Source: Pseudomonadota bacterium (GTDB lineage Bacteria; Pseudomonadota; Alphaproteobacteria; Rhizobiales; Rhizobiaceae). From it: 64,000 bases of DNA. Both the position numbers and the translations under genes were made by a program. The stretch is from assembly GCA_039822005.1 (NCBI GenBank), contig JBCBMZ010000001.1, positions 353,939-417,938 on the forward strand, given 5' to 3'. Below, in pieces: positions 31,089-39,589 of the stretch (positions within the stretch are counted from its first letter, which is position 1; every line of letters starts with the position of its first letter). The notes under the pieces are model-generated. The model made no database searches and had not been told where the DNA came from. It saw only the letters and a program-made list of their open reading frames with translations.

Positions 31089-31631
31089 TTACTCAACGGC
31101 GATAGGTGCGGCCGATTGCGCATTTAGATAGGCTATCAGATTGGCGCGATCTTCTTCGTCGCGCAGTCCGCGATAACCCATCGACGTGCCTTCGATATAT
31201 TCCTTCGGTTTGACCAAGAAGCGGTTCATCGCCTCAAAGTCCCATTGTGGATTTGCTTCGCCGTAAGAGACCATAGCAGATGAATAACGGAAGTCTGGAT
31301 AGACACCAGGTTGGCGTCCGATGATACCCCAAAGGTTTGGACCGGCTTTGTTGCCTGCGCCGTCGGCCACATTGTGACATGATGCGCACTGCCGGAACAC
31401 GCTTTCGCCGGCGGCTGCGTCAGCACTTGCCAAAAGCGGCGTGATCGCTGCCAGCGTCTCTTCTTCTTCTACCGGTGCTGGATCGGCGCTCGATTCTTCC
31501 ACCACTATGGCGAAACCTTCCTGCTCAGGATCGTCATGATCAAAAACGGTGTCACCGACGATACCGACCGTCATGACGACAAAAACTGTTGACAGGAACG
31601 CGCCTGCATACATGTTGTAATTAATAGCCAT
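31089..31631 (-). CDS. cycM: Membrane-anchored cytochrome c (CycM-like)
   Basis: N-terminal TM helix, heme motif CASCH, and a distal Met region. It shows the conserved cycM-kdsB-pheA neighbourhood. Confidence 0.8.
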   Translation of the reverse strand: MAINYNMYAGAFLSTVFVVMTVGIVGDTVFDHDDPEQEGFAIVVEESSADPAPVEEEETLAAITPLLASADAAAGESVFRQCASCHNVADGAGNKAGPNLWGIIGRQPGVYPDFRYSSAMVSYGEANPQWDFEAMNRFLVKPKEYIEGTSMGYRGLRDEEDRANLIAYLNAQSAAPIAVE

Positions 31632-31778
31632 ATCCGACCTAATTCTTCACTGTAATGGGCTGTTCAGCCCCCCGATACGCGCGCTGTGTATGTCTTTTGC
31701 TCGGCCTGCGCAACACATATAAGGTCGCATTCAATGGTGACCGATTGTCGCTCAAACTGAGCTTCCCGAGAGTGATAC

Positions 31779-32510
31779 ATGAACCCGATTATAATCATTC
31801 CAGCACGCATGGCATCGACACGGCTGCCTGGTAAGCCATTGGCGGACATTTGTGGTAAACCCATGATTATTCAGGTCGCGGAGCGCGCGCGGGAGGCTGA
31901 TTGCGCGACGGTCATTGTGGCTACCGACGAGCGTAAGGTCTTCGATGCCGTGCGCGACCACAACCATCAAGTGATTATGACGCGTAGCGATCATCAATCG
32001 GGCACCGACCGCATCGCCGAAGCGCTCGCTCTCACCGATCCTGACGAAGAGCATGACATCATCATCAATGTGCAGGGAGACTTGCCGACCATTCCAGGCC
32101 AGGACATTCGCGCTTCGCTCAAGCCGCTTGAGCTCGAGCAATGCGACATTGCAACGCTTGGCACTGAAATCACCGATGCGGATGAAAAGACCAACGAAAA
32201 TGTTGTCAAAATTGTCGGGACGACGACATCGCAAAAGCCAGATTTGTTGAGAGCCTTGTACTTTACCCGCGCCACCGCACCGTGGGGAGAAGGCCCGCTC
32301 TACCATCACATCGGCCTTTATGCGTATAGGCGCGAATCTTTAAAACGTTTTGTTGCATTGCCCCCATCCCCATTGGAAATGCGCGAAAAACTTGAGCAGC
32401 TGCGCGCATTGGAGGCCGGGATGCAGATTTTCGCGGCCATTATTGACACAGTCCCGCTGGGCGTCGATACGCCTGCAGACTTGGAAAAGGCGCGCCTCGC
32501 GCTGGGCTAA
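31779..32510 (+). CDS. kdsB: 3-deoxy-manno-octulosonate cytidylyltransferase
   Basis: [25 protein letters not shown]-terminus and a length of 243 aa. Confidence 0.93.
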   Translation: MNPIIIIPARMASTRLPGKPLADICGKPMIIQVAERAREADCATVIVATDERKVFDAVRDHNHQVIMTRSDHQSGTDRIAEALALTDPDEEHDIIINVQGDLPTIPGQDIRASLKPLELEQCDIATLGTEITDADEKTNENVVKIVGTTTSQKPDLLRALYFTRATAPWGEGPLYHHIGLYAYRRESLKRFVALPPSPLEMREKLEQLRALEAGMQIFAAIIDTVPLGVDTPADLEKARLALG

Positions 32511-32520
32511 CGGCAGCAAC

Positions 32521-33402
32521 ATGAAAAACGATCCGCAAATTCTCATAGCCTTTCAAGGCGAACCCGGCGCCAACTCCGATACAGCGTGCCGCCAGATGTT
32601 TCCGGATATGACGCCGTTCCCATGCCCAACATTTGAAGACGCCTTTAACGCGGTTGATCAGGGCATCACACGCCTTGCAATGATACCGATTGAAAACACC
32701 ATTGCCGGCCGTGTTGCAGACATTCACACGCTCCTGCCCGAAAGTGACTTGCATATAGTCGGCGAGTTTTTCCTTCCCATCCATTTTCAATTGATGGCGC
32801 TACCGGGCGCGAGCCGCGTTCAGATCAAAACGGTGCACAGTCATATCCACGCCCTGGGCCAATGCCGTCAATACATCCGATCCAATGGTTGGAAACCGAT
32901 GGTCGCTGGAGACACAGCGGGTGCGGCAAAGCTCGTCTCAGAAGAAAAAGATCCGTCAATGGCGGCACTTGCCCCTGAACTCGCTTCATCCATGTATGGC
33001 CTCGACATCGTTGAACGCGATGTCGAAGACCATGAAAACAATATCACGCGATTTGTCGTTTTGTCGAAAGACCCATCCTTGCCGGTTCGCCAATCGGCTG
33101 ACCAGCTGATGATGACGACATTTGTTTTTCGAGTTCGAAACATTCCCGCCGCTCTTTACAAGGCCATGGGCGGCTTTGCGACCAACGGCGTGAACATGAC
33201 GAAACTTGAAAGCTACCAGATTGGCGGCAAGTTCTTTGCGACCCAGTTCTATGCCGATATTGAAGGTCACCCGGACGATGAAAATGTGAAGCTCGCTTTT
33301 GAAGAAATTGGCTTTTTCTCGGATCACTTCCGGGTCCTCGGCGTCTACCCAGCCGCCGATTTCCGTGTTGGGCAAAAGTGGGAGGGGGCGAGCAGTGTCT
33401 AG
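32521..33402 (+). CDS. pheA: Prephenate dehydratase
   Basis: The AFQGEPGANS start of the PDT domain, the TRF motif (NITRFVVL) and a C-terminal ACT domain. The start was set at the ATG at 32521 rather than the track's 32350, which overlaps kdsB. Confidence 0.9.
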   Translation: MKNDPQILIAFQGEPGANSDTACRQMFPDMTPFPCPTFEDAFNAVDQGITRLAMIPIENTIAGRVADIHTLLPESDLHIVGEFFLPIHFQLMALPGASRVQIKTVHSHIHALGQCRQYIRSNGWKPMVAGDTAGAAKLVSEEKDPSMAALAPELASSMYGLDIVERDVEDHENNITRFVVLSKDPSLPVRQSADQLMMTTFVFRVRNIPAALYKAMGGFATNGVNMTKLESYQIGGKFFATQFYADIEGHPDDENVKLAFEEIGFFSDHFRVLGVYPAADFRVGQKWEGASSV

Positions 33403-34350
33403 TCAGCTCGTCACCCAATCCTCCACCAAGCGCCATGCAATCGCGCCCTTTGGCGGCATTTTAATGCCCTGCGGATGTGTGCCCGCGACCATGAGCTGAA
33501 CTTCCTCGCGAGAAAACCAACGCGCATCATCCAACTCATCATCCAGCTTGATCATTGCGCTGGCAGCCTCGCCATACATCCCGATCATCATGGAATAAGG
33601 AAACGGCCATGGTTGGCTCGCATGGTAGACAACGCGGCCAACCTCAATGCCCGATTCTTCACGAGTTTCCCGCCGCACGGCGTGTTCCAGCGTCTCGCCC
33701 GGCTCCACGAACCCGGCCAGGCACGAATACATACCGTCGGGAAAATGCGGACTACGCCCGAGTAAAACGCCGTCACCGTCGCTCGATACGATGAGCATGA
33801 TGACCACGGGATCCGTCCGTGGAAAGTGCGCCGCGTTGCAACCGGGGCATACGCGTTTGTAGCCACCGTCAACTGATTTGCTTTTCGTGCCGCAACGCGA
33901 GCAAAACTGATGAGACTGATGCCAGGCAATAAGGGCAGCCCCTTGCGCCAAGGACCCCAGATCCTGATCGTTCAAATAGCCGGCGATGTAGACTGAGCGA
34001 TAGTCGATAACTGCGTGGCCATCAGCTGGGTATTCGCGGTCAAGGTCAGCAAAGCAGGCAAAGCGCGGCGCGCCGTCCCGCTCATAGCCGAGCAGTACCG
34101 GTTCATGGACTTGCGCCCCCAAGATTTTGGCATCGTCAAATGAACGCCACATCCCTTTGGGTTCGTCATTGATCATCTGAAGCAACACGCTACCTCGTCC
34201 GGCGATGAGCGTCAGTGCGCGTTCGTCGGCAACGGCCTTGGCAACACTTGTTTCATCACGTTTCTCGCTCAACCGCTCCAGACGCCCGCCCGAAAAACCC
34301 ACACGCGATGAGTTTTCCGGGTAGGGCGCATCGAAAAGGGCAAAGGACAT
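33403..34350 (-). CDS. nudC: NAD+ diphosphatase (NADH pyrophosphatase)
   Basis: Zinc ribbon CSRCG...CPGC followed by Nudix box GFVEPGETLEHAVRRETREESGI. Confidence 0.88.
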   Translation of the reverse strand: MSFALFDAPYPENSSRVGFSGGRLERLSEKRDETSVAKAVADERALTLIAGRGSVLLQMINDEPKGMWRSFDDAKILGAQVHEPVLLGYERDGAPRFACFADLDREYPADGHAVIDYRSVYIAGYLNDQDLGSLAQGAALIAWHQSHQFCSRCGTKSKSVDGGYKRVCPGCNAAHFPRTDPVVIMLIVSSDGDGVLLGRSPHFPDGMYSCLAGFVEPGETLEHAVRRETREESGIEVGRVVYHASQPWPFPYSMMIGMYGEAASAMIKLDDELDDARWFSREEVQLMVAGTHPQGIKMPPKGAIAWRLVEDWVTS

Positions 34351-34359
34351 GGAGGTTTT

Positions 34360-34806
34360 TCAAAGCTGCGAAATAATCTGGTCGATAAGCGTTTGCGCCT
34401 CTTCGGCGCCATAAGTCAACGCTTCCCCGCTTCCCCAAATGGGTGATGGCCAGGCAACATCTTCTTCAAAACGAGCAATCACGTGCACGTGCAGTTGCGG
34501 CACCTGGTTGCCCAGCGCCGCCACATTCATCTTGTCGGCACCTGTCACCCGTTGCAGCAATTTGGATGTCTGCGTGATCTCAAATGTCAGCATGGTTTGG
34601 TCCAGCGGCGATAATTCATGCATCTCGCGCATGTCCGCCCGCTTGGGCACCAGGATCAGCCAGGGAAAGCGCTTGTCATTCATCAGCCGCATCCGGCAAA
34701 GGCCGATATCGGCAACGGCGAACGTGTCGTTCTCCAGTCTTCCATCAAGCGCAAAGCCAGTCATGGAGCGCATGCTATCAGCATTTTGCGATTTGGCGAC
34801 TTGCAA
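34360..34806 (-). CDS. HIT-family nucleotide hydrolase/transferase
   Basis: Histidine triad QLHVHVIARF. Confidence 0.85.
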   Translation of the reverse strand: MQVAKSQNADSMRSMTGFALDGRLENDTFAVADIGLCRMRLMNDKRFPWLILVPKRADMREMHELSPLDQTMLTFEITQTSKLLQRVTGADKMNVAALGNQVPQLHVHVIARFEEDVAWPSPIWGSGEALTYGAEEAQTLIDQIISQL

Positions 34807-34833
34807 TTTCAGCGTTGAAAGCAGATATCAGCG

Positions 34834-34936
34834 GCGGGAGGTTGGTGGTGGACGTCGCCACTCGCCAACCGGGTCAGGTCCGGAAGGAAGCAGCCCTAAC
34901 GAGCCGGGCACGGGTCGCCGTGCCAGCCTCCCACCC
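34834..34936 (+). ncRNA. ffs: Signal recognition particle RNA (4.5S, small bacterial type)
   Basis: Contains the invariant domain IV sequence GGTCAGGTCCGGAAGGAAGCAGCC. The closing helix pairs GGGAGGTTGG (34836-) with CCAGCCTCCC (-34932). The overlapping track ORFs are spurious. Confidence 0.9.
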
Positions 34937-35083
34937 CAAGACCAGCGCAGCCATGCCGTCTGCCGATAGGCATTGGTTATGAATATCGAGTAGCCATTTT
35001 CAGGATTCGCGATTACCTCCGTATAAAAGACGAAATCACAGGCTTATTGGTCTGCATTCTCATTGCGGATAAAGTGTGTTTAG

Positions 35084-35911
35084 ATGGCATTGGCGTTTGC
35101 GAAAAAATTGGCGGTTGGTGTCGCGGCCACGTACCTTTCGCTCACTGGAATATTATACGCAACGCAACGCCAGTTGATGTATTTCCCCACCAATGAAAAC
35201 CCCGAGCCGGCGCAAGTCGGTCTTGCCGATGTTTCGGTTGAAAAGCTGGAAACTCCAGACGGAGAGAGCCTTACCGCTTGGTATGCCCCGGCGGACATAG
35301 GCCAGCCGACCATATTGTTTTTCCAAGGGAACGCTGGTGAAATCAGCGACCGCGCAGCTCGTTTCTCCGCTTACCGGGCCGCAGGTTTGGGCGTCTTGTT
35401 TGTTTCTTGGCGGGGCTATGGTGGAAGCACAGGTTCGCCCAGTGAAAACGGGATCATCATCGATTCTCGCACTGCCTATGATTGGCTAGTGCTCCATGGC
35501 GTAAAGCCCGATGCGATCGCGGTCTCCGGGGAATCGTTGGGAACCGGTGCTGCGGTTCGTTTGGCGGCGGAGACGGTCGTCGGCGCGCTCATACTGGGCG
35601 CGCCCTACAGTTCCACCGCGGAGGTGGCCAAGAGGCAATATCCATTTCTGCCGGTCGAGCTTCTCATGAAGGATCAGTTTCGCAGCATTGATCATGTGGC
35701 AGCAGTGAAAGCGCCTGTTTTGATCATTCACGGTACAGCTGACCGGGTTGTTCCTTTCGCATTAGGTCTAAAGCTTTTTAACGCGGTGACTGCGCCAAAG
35801 GAGTTCATCGCATTGGAGCATGGAGACCACGCAGCCATCTCTGGCAGCGAGGCCCTGCAGCATGAGGTCGAATTTATCCGCCGGACAATTGTGCCGACCG
35901 ACACTTTGTAG
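35084..35911 (+). CDS. Alpha/beta hydrolase (S9/S33-like)
   Basis: Nucleophile elbow GESLG, plus Asp (GTADRVV) and His (EHGDH) further downstream. Confidence 0.8.
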   Translation: MALAFAKKLAVGVAATYLSLTGILYATQRQLMYFPTNENPEPAQVGLADVSVEKLETPDGESLTAWYAPADIGQPTILFFQGNAGEISDRAARFSAYRAAGLGVLFVSWRGYGGSTGSPSENGIIIDSRTAYDWLVLHGVKPDAIAVSGESLGTGAAVRLAAETVVGALILGAPYSSTAEVAKRQYPFLPVELLMKDQFRSIDHVAAVKAPVLIIHGTADRVVPFALGLKLFNAVTAPKEFIALEHGDHAAISGSEALQHEVEFIRRTIVPTDTL

Positions 35912-36020
35912 CCGCTGAGAACGCGCATTTGGAGCCGCCAGTCCATCGCTTTCGACCCCTCAGTTGCGACCTGTTTGTCAGCATAGTTCCATTTTCCATT
36001 CGTCTCTCCACGGCACGTGG

Positions 36021-36278
36021 TCATCGTTGGTTGAGCTGTGAACGAACGGCTTCAATGCCGACCCGTGAAGCGCGATATGGTCGCCCGTTCGAAGAACGAA
36101 TGAGGCGACGTTTCTTCAACCGCTGGAACACATCAAGTGTGCAGTCAGCCAGAACATGTCCATCACGCGTGTAGCAGATGACAACACGTATCTTGCCGTT
36201 TTCACACCGTTCATGGTGGATTGCTCCACCCAATGCGAGCACGTGCAAAACACGCTGTTCGTGTTTTGAAATATTCAC
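36021..36278 (-). CDS. yjhX: YjhX/TopAI-family (UPF0386) toxin homolog
   Basis: 85 aa and alignable over its full length to my recollection of E. coli YjhX (MN.S..EQ..LHVLA.G...H.R......V.CY.R.G..L.DCTL.VF..LK...LI.S.NG.PYR....G...VR.QL..R). Confidence 0.8.
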   Translation of the reverse strand: MNISKHEQRVLHVLALGGAIHHERCENGKIRVVICYTRDGHVLADCTLDVFQRLKKRRLIRSSNGRPYRASRVGIEAVRSQLNQR

Positions 36279-36558
36279 TGAGATTTCTCGATTTCATGAA
36301 GTCACAACAAAGGGCCCACCCGATTATTTATCGAGGTGTTTTCCCAGTTCGTTGTTCCTGATATTTGGCCAGGAACGGGCCTAGGCCCGGGACTCTTGCA
36401 TAAAATCTCCAAAGTGCCGGTCGATAACCAGCCACTCCTCCGTCGTAACGCCTGACGCTTGATCGAACAAGTGTCAAATCCGCAGCCAAGGGTGGCAAGC
36501 GCCCCTTGGCATCCCCGCCAAGTTGCCTATCGTGCCCAAAACAGCGGAGAACGACACC

Positions 36559-37530
36559 ATGTCCGATCATGGCTACGAAAAAGGGCGTCTCAACCTTCCC
36601 TTTGTCGGTATACCCACATTCTCCAAGTCACCCTATATGGCGGATTGGGGTATGATTGATGCCGACGTTGCCATTCTGGGCGCGCCCTTCGATTTTGGGA
36701 CGCAATGGCGGCCCGGTGCCCGTTTTGGGCCGCGGGCGGTTAGGGAGGCATCGACCCTTTTCAGTTTTGGCCACGCGGGCGCATATGACCATGAAGATGA
36801 CGCAACTTATCTCGACGCGTCGGTTCGGATGGTCGACATAGGGGACGCCGATATCATCCACACCAAGACCGAAGAGAGCCACGCCAACATCAGGCACGGG
36901 GCCATCAAAATCCTCGAGGCGAGTGCGCTGCCCGTCATCATTGGCGGTGACCATTCGATCAATATCCCCTGTATCGAAGCATTTGAAAAAGACTGCGATG
37001 CCAAAGGGCCGATCCATATCGTCCAGATCGATGCGCATCTGGACTTTGTCGATGAACGTCACGGCGTCACCGCAGGGCACGGTAATCCCATGCGCCGCGC
37101 GATTGAAAAGCCGTATGTTTCCGGGATGACGCAGCTCGGTATCCGCAATGTGTCATCTACCGCCAAGGAGGGATATGATGATGCCCGCGCCCGCGGGTCC
37201 GATATTCTTTCGGTGCGACAGGTTCGCAAGCTCGGCACCGAGGCCGTACTCGCACGGATGCCGGAAGGTGCCCGCTATTACGTAACCATTGACATCGACG
37301 CATTTTGCCCGTCCATCGCACCGGGTACCGGAACGCCGAGCCATGGCGGCTTTCTCTACTATGATGTGCTGGAAATTCTGCAAGGCCTGACGAGGCGGGG
37401 CGATGTCGTCGGCATCGATCTGGTGGAGGTGGCACCCGCCTATGACCCGACCGAAAGTACGCAAATCCTGGCGGCACAGCTATTGATGAATTTCATCGGC
37501 TTTGTTTTTCATGCGCGTTCAAGGGCCTGA
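36559..37530 (+). CDS. Ureohydrolase (agmatinase/guanidino-acid hydrolase family)
   Basis: Mn-binding motifs GGDHS, DAHLD and TIDIDAFCP...GTGTP. The start was set at the ATG at 36559, which has a GGAGA SD. Confidence 0.88.
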   Translation: MSDHGYEKGRLNLPFVGIPTFSKSPYMADWGMIDADVAILGAPFDFGTQWRPGARFGPRAVREASTLFSFGHAGAYDHEDDATYLDASVRMVDIGDADIIHTKTEESHANIRHGAIKILEASALPVIIGGDHSINIPCIEAFEKDCDAKGPIHIVQIDAHLDFVDERHGVTAGHGNPMRRAIEKPYVSGMTQLGIRNVSSTAKEGYDDARARGSDILSVRQVRKLGTEAVLARMPEGARYYVTIDIDAFCPSIAPGTGTPSHGGFLYYDVLEILQGLTRRGDVVGIDLVEVAPAYDPTESTQILAAQLLMNFIGFVFHARSRA

Positions 37531-37597
37531 AAATGCGCGGTCAGGGGCATGTGGGGCATAGCTCGCGTTGGCACCTTTCTACAAAAGCCAATAAGCC

Positions 37598-37611
37598 TTG
37601 ACAAATGTCAA
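37598..37611 (+). promoter_or_regulatory. Palindromic operator / -35 element TTGACAAATGTCAA upstream of the transketolase-RLP operon
   Basis: 6-bp inverted arms (TTGACA/TGTCAA) with a 2-nt spacer, 37 nt upstream of the GTG start. The 13-mer TTGACAAATGTCA recurs at 52592. The 10-mer TTGACAAATG recurs at 56046-56055 on the minus strand. Confidence 0.55.
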
Positions 37612-37647
37612 CGGCGGAGCTTTTCTCGCGCGCACGGGAGACAAAAA

Positions 37648-38583
37648 GTGCTGAACGAGAAAACCACCGAAGAAGTGGCGCTGGGCATTCGCCGCCGCGT
37701 TTTTGAACATTCCATGCGCAACAATGGCGGCTATTTGAGCCAGGCCTGCTCGGCCGCTGAACAGCTCGCCTTTTTGTACAATGAAGCGCTCAATCTCGGT
37801 CAGCCAACACTGCCGCCCGTGCCCAAACCGTTTGGAGGCGTGCCGTCCGCTGACAACACGGATTATCATACGGGAGCCGGCTATAATGGCCCGTTTGAGG
37901 CGCACTATGATCGACTGTTTATCGCACCAGCCCACTACGCGTTGGTGGCTTACGCAACGCTCATCGAGGTCGGACGGATGGATCCGGCGGGCCTTGAAAT
38001 GTTCAACAAGGATGGCTCCTCCGTCGAGATGATCGGCGCGGAGCATTCCCCCGGCATGGAAGTGCACAATGGCACGCTTGGCATTGGTCTTTCCACGGGC
38101 GCAGGCCTCGCCTTCGGCCGCAAGCGACGCGGCGAGACGGGTCAGGTCTGCGTGTTCATGTCAGACGGTGAAGTGCAGGAAGGCCAAACCTGGGAGGCCG
38201 TGCAGGCTTGCGCCCACCATGGCATCGACAATGTCTGGGCGCTCATGGATGTTAACGACCAGCAATGTGATGGAGCGATGGATAGCGTGATGGAAGTGCG
38301 CGATATCAAGGCCAAGTTCGAAAATTTCGGCGCGGTGTGCGTGGAGATTGACGCTCATGATTTGGATGCGATGCGCCAAGCCAAAGCGACATCTCACCAG
38401 GGACAGCCACTCATCATCCTTGCGCGTTCATCGCCGACACAAGGCATGGCGTTCTTGCAAAGACGGTTTCCCCGCCTGCACTATGTGCGCTTCAAATCGG
38501 ACGATGAGCGCGCTGAGATGAATGCGGCGATTGCCAAAGAGTTGGGCGTTCAGCCTGTCGATTACGGGCAAGGGGGGCACTGA
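37648..38583 (+). CDS. Transketolase, N-terminal (ThDP/PP-binding) subunit
   Basis: ThDP-binding region (MSDGEVQEGQTWEA...DVNDQQ). Split-TK architecture. GTG start at 37648 with a GGGAG SD. Confidence 0.85.
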   Translation: MLNEKTTEEVALGIRRRVFEHSMRNNGGYLSQACSAAEQLAFLYNEALNLGQPTLPPVPKPFGGVPSADNTDYHTGAGYNGPFEAHYDRLFIAPAHYALVAYATLIEVGRMDPAGLEMFNKDGSSVEMIGAEHSPGMEVHNGTLGIGLSTGAGLAFGRKRRGETGQVCVFMSDGEVQEGQTWEAVQACAHHGIDNVWALMDVNDQQCDGAMDSVMEVRDIKAKFENFGAVCVEIDAHDLDAMRQAKATSHQGQPLIILARSSPTQGMAFLQRRFPRLHYVRFKSDDERAEMNAAIAKELGVQPVDYGQGGH

Positions 38584-38584
38584 C

Positions 38585-39589
38585 ATGGTCGAAATGGTCA
38601 GCCGCCCATACGCGTCAGCATTTGAAAAATTCGCCGCAGGAAATCCGGACATACTTTGCCTGTCCGCCGATCTGACCTCGTCCTGCGAGATTGATGGTTT
38701 TCGTGACCGGCACCCCGAGCAATTTGTCTCTTTGGGTATGGCAGAGCAAAACATGATGAGCTTTGCCGGTGGGCTAGGCTTGGCCGGTTTCCGCCCGTTT
38801 CTTCACTCGTTCGGCGTCTTCCTTTACCGCCGCCCCTATGATCAATTGATGGCGTCTGTCGCCTACCCGAGGCGCAAGGTGCGCCTCATGGGATTTTTGC
38901 CGGGCATTACAACGCCGGGGGGCATGACGCACCAAGCCATTGAAGATATCGCAGTGATGCGTTCAATTCCGAACATGACGATCCTTGAAACCGGCGATGC
39001 CACGGAAGTGGAAAGCATTTGCGAAGCTGCCGACTCCATCGATGGTCCGGTCTATTGTCGCGTGTTGCGCGGGTCTGTACCGCGGTTGTTTGATACGCCC
39101 ATTGCAGTAGGCCACATGCGCGAATTGTCATTGGGCAGCGACGTCCTGATCGTAACATCCGGCATTACCACCGAAGAAGCGCTGCGCGCCCGCCAGGCGC
39201 TAGAAGATGCCGGAGTGTCGATCCGCCACGTCCACATCAACACCATCAAGCCTTTCGACGAAGACGCGCTGCTCGACCATATTGGCTCTGTATCCAAAGG
39301 CGTCATTGTACTGGAAAACCATGTCACCGAGGGAGGCGTTGGTTCGCTCGTCGCCGAGATTATGGCCGACAATGGCGCCGGCAAAAAGCTCGTGCGGCTC
39401 GGGTTGAAAGACACCTACGCCCATGGCGGATCGCGACCCTATCTGATGAAGCATTACGGCCTCGACGCGTCTGCCTTGGTGGCCGGCATTGAGAGACTTT
39501 TGGGCGCTGATTTGAGCGTTGCCGACGAGCAACTCACCGAAGCGCGCGTCGATGCGGTCCACTCAGCTGTCAAGGCGGAGGCACTGTAA
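38585..39589 (+). CDS. Transketolase, C-terminal (pyrimidine-binding) subunit
   Basis: GMAEQNMMSFAGGLGLAGFRPF motif. The ATG lies 1 nt after the stop of the N-terminal subunit gene. Confidence 0.85.
   Translation: MVEMVSRPYASAFEKFAAGNPDILCLSADLTSSCEIDGFRDRHPEQFVSLGMAEQNMMSFAGGLGLAGFRPFLHSFGVFLYRRPYDQLMASVAYPRRKVRLMGFLPGITTPGGMTHQAIEDIAVMRSIPNMTILETGDATEVESICEAADSIDGPVYCRVLRGSVPRLFDTPIAVGHMRELSLGSDVLIVTSGITTEEALRARQALEDAGVSIRHVHINTIKPFDEDALLDHIGSVSKGVIVLENHVTEGGVGSLVAEIMADNGAGKKLVRLGLKDTYAHGGSRPYLMKHYGLDASALVAGIERLLGADLSVADEQLTEARVDAVHSAVKAEAL

Noticed and set aside
31752-32309. 185-aa minus-strand ORF.
   Set aside because: It is antisense to kdsB.
32350-32520. Long N-terminal extension of pheA starting at 32350.
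   Set aside because: The extension overlaps the 3' end of kdsB in another frame and is Trp/Cys/Arg-rich. The conserved PDT domain begins right after the ATG at 32521.
34439-34982. Track ORFs of 176 and 132 aa on the plus strand.
   Set aside because: They overlap the HIT gene in antisense and run across the SRP RNA gene. The conserved 4.5S domain IV sequence explains this region.
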